NCBI GenBank assembly: GCA_054600435.1
Contig: BAAIJX010000100.1
Coordinates: 1-43,032, forward strand
Length of the DNA: 43,032 bases
Reading direction: 5' to 3'
Origin: Neophaeotheca triangularis
Taxonomy: Eukaryota
Shown here: positions 36,446 through 43,032 of the stretch, piece after piece
Layout: every line of letters begins with the position of its first letter
Numbering within the stretch: position 1 is the stretch's first letter
The notes under the pieces: model-generated
The model's database searches: none
Told to the model about the DNA's origin: nothing
The model's input: only the letters and a program-made list of their open reading frames with translations
Translations under genes and position numbers: made by a program

Positions 36446-38257
36446 GGTATAGAGTCGCATTATCATTATTATTACTAAAAGCGGAAAGCAAGAAGTCATG
36501 CTAAGAAGTGAAAGGTACTACGTTATACGTCGCCGTAACGACCGTAGGCATTATCGATAGCGCTAATAAGAATGGTAACGCCGCTAAGATGCCTTAGGCA
36601 CCCCTAAAGGCATAAGTAGCCGCCCTCCTAGCTTACTAGCGGACTTCCGCTCTAGAGCGCTAGAAATTAGGGCATGGGCGGGGGGGGTTAGCTTACTAAG
36701 GGAGCTCTTCTAGCTCTCCTTCGGAGACGGAGGGTAGTGGGTAGCGTGACGGGGGTAGGATAACTACCGTTAGGTACTATAGTAATAGCTAAGGTAGCTA
36801 GGGGGAATCGAGTCGAGGTAGGGGTAGCTAATAGCGTCTACCCCTTAGCCTAAGGTTTCTATCTATACTAGGATAGGTACGGTCATATTCTACTATTAAC
36901 TCCTATGTATCGGCTAAGTCGTCGGCGTTATACTAGAGATTGTGTACTAGGCCCTAGTCTTTCTACTTTACTAGATACTGTTTCATCGGCTTGCCCTACT
37001 ATATATACACTCTCCTAGCCAGTAAACGCTCGATTTCATACACTGAAATCCCGTTATCGTCTATAGAGACGGGGCCTAACTCGGCGGGCTTATAGCTATA
37101 AGGATCCGGGGCCTAGGGAGCTAGTTCTAACTAAGTAATAGAAACTACTAGGTAGATTTTCTAGTGTAGCGGAAGATCGAGCTTATAGGCTAGTCAGCCT
37201 ACTACTTATAGTATCTTGAAAGGGCCCGTTCTCTATGTAGCTAACTTCTTTAGGATGAAACCGGGGATAGTGTAACCGCGCTAGAGCTTAAGCAAAACCT
37301 TTTAGCCGGGTTTAAAGCAGATAGGCTTATGGGCGCGGTTATACCTGTCTTTTATTGTAGCAGCTACTATTACTAGTACATCTAATGCTTAGTCCCTTAC
37401 GACTTGTCTAAGCGCTACGTAATCTATGGCTAGGAGCTCGATAAGCATGTCAAGTACGTCTAGATTTATCTAGAAGCCTTAGATAACCACGTTTAGAATC
37501 TCGTTTATAGAGACGTTCCGGGCATTGTTAAGTGTCGACTAGATATAGGGTAGAGCTACATCCTAAGGCATGTCCGGGTTCGAGTTAATAAAGAAACGTA
37601 TAGCGATCTCTATAGTTTAGTTAGTTCGCTTAGACTAACCGTCGGTTTATAGATAGTAGGTAGTAGAAGCGAGGAACCTCGTACGAAGCCACCTAAAAAC
37701 TTCCTTCTAGAATGTAGAGAGCTATAGGGGATCTCTATCGCTAATAAGAATGGTAGGAATATTCTAATCGGCCGTCTAGAGTACTTCTAACTAAGCTACT
37801 ACCTACTCTAGGGCTAACTAATCTACGCGCCCTTTAATTAAGAGGATCTTTTTAGAGAAGCGGTCGGTAATAGTAAGTAAGGAGTCGAAGCCCGTCAGGG
37901 TAGGAGGTAGGGCATATACCTAGTCGGCGGTTTAAGTATGATATGGGATCGGGCGAACCTCTATAGGTTAGAGTTCGCCTAGTGGTCTATGTCGTCGTGT
38001 CTAATATAATACATAGTCTAGGTAGTAGGAGATATAGCGTCGTAGCTCCTAGGGCAAGTAGTAGATGTAAAAACTAGCCTACATGCATGTATATGCCCTA
38101 AAGAAACTAGTATGGTGGTAATTATCGTGTGCTATCGCGAAGACCTCCTTAAAGATTAAGCGGGGAATGTATAGGCGTTCCTAGCCGTCGGTATCATCTC
38201 TATAGTAGATAAGGTCGTCGCGTAAGAAGAACCGGAGGCCTAAAGGGGATGATTCCG

Positions 38258-38402
38258 TGACACAGTACGACAGTATAGGTCAGTATGTGTAGTGTGTAAA
38301 AGATAGGATAGACTCTCTATCTATAACTAAAGCTAGAAGTACATACTCTCTCCCCCTCTAGGTAGGAAGCCACACCTACACTAGATAACTCCTACTATAA
38401 CA
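38258..38402 (-). repeat. 3' LTR of element C (~145 bp)
   Basis: Minus strand TGTTATAGTAGGAG...GTGTCA; similar start and length to A and B LTRs; abuts B pol sequence. Confidence 0.75.
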
Positions 38403-38461
38403 AGTAGGGGGCTCCTTATACTCACTATGTCCTCATTAAGCTAAGACCGTTACGGTCCGTA

Positions 38462-38705
38462 GGAACCGAGTCGGTTAGCTTAAACCGAGTCGGTCGGTCT
38501 AAACCGAGGGGGCTTGCCGAAACCGAGTGGGTTTGTCGAAACCGAGTTAGTTACGTTAAACCGAGTGGGTTTGCTTAAACCGAGTCGGTTAGTGGGCACC
38601 TAGATGGAATGAAACCGCGCGTGGGGTCTAAACCGTGTCTGTAGGTTCAAACCGAGCTAGTAGGTTCAAACCGCGCTAGTAGGTTCAAACCGCGCTAGTA
38701 GGTCC
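38462..38705. repeat. 19-bp-period array with AACCGAGTCGGTT-like core in 3' UTR of C
   Basis: AACCG at 38464, 38483, 38502, 38521, 38540, 38559, 38578 and 38631, 38650, 38669, 38688. Confidence 0.9.
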
Positions 38706-38840
38706 GAGGCTATAGTCTAAGGTCGACGGAGCTAGGGAAGAGATTCGTCGTGTCACGTTACTAGAATGAGGAATTAGTAGACCGCGATTCCGTTTAGTAT
38801 GTAACTAAAGAAATATCTCGGACGCGGGCTCCGGAATTGC

Positions 38841-39038
38841 GGGTAGGCAAAAGCCTTCGCCTAATGGAAATCGCTTCTACGGGTAGGCAAAAGCCTTCGC
38901 CTAGTGACGCTAAGTTTCGGACGCGGGCTCCGGAAACTAAGGGCAGGTGAAAACCTTCGCCCTAATCGCTATGTAGGCAGGCAAAAGCCTTCGCCTATAG
39001 GAAACGCTAAGCTTTAAGGCAGGTAAAAACCTTCGCCT
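38841..39038. repeat. Five copies of a 22-nt bulged inverted-repeat motif RGGYAGGY-RAAA-RCCTTCGCCY
   Basis: Copies at 38841, 38881, 38941, 38975, 39017. Confidence 0.85.
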
Positions 39039-39079
39039 AGTAGACTAGCAAGAAGACAACGCGGGACGGAGGAGCGCGC

Positions 39080-42000
39080 ATCGCGGTTACACGGCTAGGC
39101 CGAAGTCTATAGCTACCTTGCTGATTTTTTAGGTTAGTGTTGTCTCACTATATCCCGCGCTAGTACGCCGTAGTTTATATGGTCTTCGGACCGCGGTACC
39201 CTCGAGGGATAGGGAGCTAATTAGGCTCCGAAGTACGGTAACTAGCGGCGTGCGCGCCTAGCCGACCTAGTCTCTATAGGCGGGGAGGCCTTCTAACGGC
39301 GCACGGAAGGCGTATAGGTCAAGGCGGGAGGGACGTCGTCGTCTCCCGTAAGGTTAACGATCTCTACTTTCCTTACGCTAGACGGGGGTACTTTCCCGGG
39401 GAAATAGAGGAGAACGGGGAGGGTGTCGGCGGCGTCGCGGACGGTCTAGGAGATGCCGGAGGTATCGACCATGATAGCGTCGAGCGTTTAGGCTTCTAGC
39501 CATTGTTTCCAACTCCTTATCGTTTCCTGCTCGCCCTCCTACGGGCTAGGATCTTCGTAGATAGTGATGTCTCCTAAAATCATCCCTTTATCCCATGTAT
39601 CTTACATCGCTTGCATTCTTGCTCTCTACACTTTAGCCGCCATGATAGCTATAGACTCGGAAGCTACCTTGACTAAGTCGTATTCCTTATGGGCTACCGC
39701 TATTAAGTTTATAGCCCTAGTGCGGACACCGTAGTCTACGCTATTCATGTCCGACTTTACACTGTCGTAGTTAGTTTCCGCGTCCTAGAAGGTGCTAAGG
39801 GCGTTAATTCGCGCCTCGTAGAAAGCATAGGCCTTCTAGTTATACTCTCCTTAGAACTAGCTAGTACGGTACTAGTCAATCTAGCGCGTAGGGGAGGTTG
39901 GTTAGGAGCGGCTCTATACGCCGGAGACGCGGCGAAAAGGGTTGTCGCGGAGGGAGGGACTAGTAGTACCTAGCGCGCGATTAAACGGGTCATTTATGGC
40001 GTTTGTGTTAAGCGATAGGAAACGCTGCCCGCCGCGCGAGCCCTATACTAGTTGTCTGCCGCTAGAGGTAGGCTGCTACTAAGTCTACTAGTTGCCTAGG
40101 GTACGAGGGTATTAGGCAGCCGTAGGAGCTTTTAGGTATTCGTCCTTGCGCCCGGAGAGGCCGCCGGAGATCCGCGGGAGTTAGGCGTCTAGGACATGGC
40201 TACTATCGGCCGGGGTTCGCGCGTGGCCCGAATAGTGTATCGGGTAATGACTACGGCGGTCTAGGGTGGCCGCCCTATCGCTAGTCACGCGGTAGAGGTA
40301 GGGGGGGATCTAGAAACCGGCTTCCGATAACGTGGCCTAGTCGTTACTCGCTAATGTCGGCAGGGTAGCAGTTAGCGGCATAGTAAGGTACCGGCTAGGC
40401 ATAGGCGGCGGTAACGCCGCTATCCTTAACATAGGCAGCTCGTTATCGGCATAGTTCTCCGCGGTGTCGTCTAGTAGGATGTTCTTTTGTCCCTAGACCG
40501 GGGGCGGGGTACGAGGCGCGGCGTCCCTTCCTACTAGCTAATTGTTAACGGTAACGTCGGCCATTAGGCGGTCGGGGTGTCCACGGGGCAGTACTACCTA
40601 GCCGTCTATGAAATCGCGGTATGCTAGTGAGATTCTGTCGACGTCGACGACCGTTAGCTAACGTATTACTGTCTAGTCCACTTCTAGGTACTCTTCTACT
40701 TAGAACTTGTTTGCGCGGGCTTGCCTCTACGCGTAGTAGGTAGCTAGCTTAGTAGCGAGCGTAGGACGTTACTAGGGAAAACCGCGGGGTGGGTTTAAGA
40801 CTGTCGTCATTAGGTCTTTCTCGGGGTCTCCGAGTACGGTCAAATAGTTGTATAGGTGTCCGCTACCGTAAAGTGTGTAGTATCCGTAGATGTAGGCGTA
40901 CTGCTACTTCCTACTTGTGTTCGACTAGAAGATACCGGGACGCCCCCTAGGGCGGCGGTTTAGTACCGGCTCGCCGCGAGCTATAAAGGTCTCTAGCTAG
41001 TTACGATGCAAGATTTTGCCGGTGAGGAGGGAGCGTTCGGCCATAAGTATAAGCTCTAGGACATCACAGTCTTCTAGCGCGGCGTGGGTCGGTAGCAAGT
41101 TGTCGATGTCGAAACGCGAGTGGAAAGCGCAGTAGTAGTAGGAGCCGGTGGTTTCGCCTAGGTTAAGTTCATGACCGGGGTCACGTGCCACGCCGATGCT
41201 CTTAGGGCGCTCCGGGAGGGTATATATTTAGTAGAAGTCATAGGGAACCTTAGGGTTACCGCGCTACACAAAGTACGGGTTTAGTTGTACGCCTCCTATG
41301 TTAGCGAGGCAGTAAGTGATAAGGGGTTAGGGGCAAATCGTATAGAGCATAGCTAAACCGACTGCGCGGAGGACTAGTTCAAAAGTGCCGTCTTGCTCGA
41401 GGGTTTAGACGGCGGAGTGTTCTCCTATAGTTAGGAGTTAGATAGCGGCTGCGACTATGTTATTAAAGACGCCTTCCGGGGCAAGGCTAGTAAGGGTTGT
41501 CTAGGGGTACAGCACTCCTAATGAGGTAGTTACAAGCTTATAGGCGTTATCGATAAGTGCGAGGTCTTGTGCCTCGTTACCGCTACGTTAAGTAACTAGT
41601 CGAAAGATGGAAGTGAATAGTGGATCGGCCTAATAGTAAACGACAACGCAATTAGTAAGCGCCTTTAAGGGTCGGAGCGAAGCCGGCTAGTAAGAGGCGT
41701 ACTGTTATAGACGGAAAGGGAGATCTACTTCGTGTAGGGCGAGTAGCTAAAGTGTTCGCAGATTAAGAGCGAGGTCTAACAATAAAGGTACTGCCGCCTT
41801 GAGGTCATAGAAGGTGTTATAGTATTCGGGCGTGTTCGGAAGGGTTATATCTACGCTTAGTCTTTCGAAAGCGGCCTAGAGCTAATTGTTACCCTCGCGG
41901 TAGCGGCGTGCGGCTTCCTCTACTGTTTCGTTTAGATCGAGCGCGCCCTACTAAATGAGTTCCTAGCGTGTGTTGTAACCAGGAAGGTTTGTGAAGGGTG

Positions 42001-42200
42001 AATCCTAGGTTGTAGCCTAACGACGGATGCGTAGGGCTTTCTCCGCCGGAGTTTAGGTTGTGTCTACCACCGTGCCGGTGGTAGACGCTAGGTTTAGATA
42101 CCCGCGGCGTGAAGTTAGCGCGGCGGAGGTGTGTAGGTAATGGTATGGCTGTTTGGCGCCGGTATAGGTATGTGGTAGGAGCGCTCTATAAGGCAATGAT
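39080..42200 (-). pseudogene. Extra ORF of element C (RIP-inactivated); both ends approximate
   Basis: R*ELI**GALDLNETVEEAARRYREGN (~41890-41968) and track ORF 40997..41191 (ELNLGETTGSYYYCAFHSRFDIDNLLP) are in frame and align to A. Confidence 0.8.
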
Positions 42201-42914
42201 GAAGAAAGTAGGGCTAGAGACGGTTATGATGTTGGTTAAGTCGGTTGTTATAGGTTAAAGGTAGGAGTCGTGTTTTGAGAAAGGGTGTCAAGGTAAGTGT
42301 TGTTGTCGGTGTTGTTATGAAGCTAGCCGGCGCGTGAGCGAGCGGAAAAAACGCGGTGCCAAGCCGCGGTTACGACGTCACCCCTGACGACGGCGTCGGT
42401 ATCGATAAGGCGATAGTGATAAAGAGGTGCGCGCGACACCTCAGGCCTTTCTGTAGAAGGCTAGTGTGGCAGACCTCGTCTGCCTCCTAACTTCACTGCC
42501 GGTACGGACAGGACGGGCTAGTATTACCGGGATCAGTGCGCGGTTTTCCGTAGCCGGTTAGTATTCTTCTTCCCTGGTCTGAGTATCGGTGGGGGCGGAA
42601 GACCCTGCCTCCGCTGCCGGGGCAGGGTTGGTTATCGGTGTATTAGGCTTTCTGCCCTTGACCTTGAGGTCTCCCTCTATGCCTAGGTAGAGCTCGTCGT
42701 ATTAGGTGACCATCTCGCGTGCGTCTAGCAGGTCGTTAACGTCGTACCACACGTTGTGAGATGGTCCCTAGCCGAGCCACTAGACAAGGTACTATTTGAT
42801 GTCTTTCCCTTGCTGCCTCCTCGTTCTGCGTACGAGCAGTCTCTCGATTTCGTATACTCCGATTCCGTCTTCATCTAGGCACACGGGCCCAGGCTCGCCG
42901 GGTTCCCGGCCCTA

Positions 42915-43032
42915 AGGGTTAGGGTTAGGGTTAGGGTTAGGGTTAGGGTTAGGGTTAGGGTTAGGGTTAGGGTTAGGGTTAGGGTTAGGGTTAGGGTTAG
43001 GGTTAGGGTTAGGGTTAGGGTTAGGGTTAGGG
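42915..43032 (+). repeat. Telomeric (TTAGGG)n tract, chromosome end
   Basis: AGGG followed by 19 perfect TTAGGG units to the end of the window, G-rich strand 5'->3' toward the end. Confidence 0.99.

Larger units (their letters stand above)
18871..38257 (-). mobile_element. Element B: RIP-mutated Ty3/Gypsy chromovirus, 3' portion (integrase+chromo, extra ORF, 3' LTR); split by A and cut off by C
   Basis: Minus-strand integrase ~37050-38256 colinear with A; chromodomain VYEIERLL..YLVK*KG ~36900-37045; sequence continuous across the GGTAT TSD; G-run PPT at ~19030-19043 next to the LTR. Confidence 0.88.
38258..42914 (-). mobile_element. Element C: third family member, 5'-truncated by the telomere (chromodomain, extra ORF, 3' LTR)
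   Basis: Chromodomain GVYEIERLLVRR..YLV*WLG*GPSHNVWY ~42740-42860; extra ORF homologous to A; LTR interrupts the pol of B. Confidence 0.88.

Overview
Right-hand end of a filamentous ascomycete (Pezizomycotina) chromosome. Positions 1-~18,260 are gene-dense and carry seven spliceosomal-type genes: a CaaX-prenylated TeaR/Mod5-like cell-end marker, branchpoint-binding protein (BBP/MSL5/SF1), secreted glutaminase GtaA, glycogenin, a membrane-anchored sugar-O-methyltransferase-like gene head-to-head with an MFSD5/DUF791 transporter, and a GH43 endo-arabinanase. From ~18,260 the DNA is RIP-mutated (CpA/TpG->TpA) and consists of three nested, divergent members of one chromodomain-bearing Ty3/Gypsy family. 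Element B (minus) is interrupted by a structurally complete 13-kb element A (plus; 147-bp LTRs, GGTAT TSD) and by element C (minus). C is cut inside its integrase and capped directly by (TTAGGG)n. All three elements carry a homologous, unrecognised ~1,000-codon extra ORF downstream of pol, and subterminal arrays with a 19-bp period (38 bp at the 3' end of A) and an element-specific palindromic core. Main candidates for new biology: (1) the extra-ORF plus 19-bp-array module, (2) a putative Golgi glycan O-methylation gene pair, (3) a multi-branchpoint, possibly autoregulatory intron in BBP. All assignments are by eye; no searches were run.
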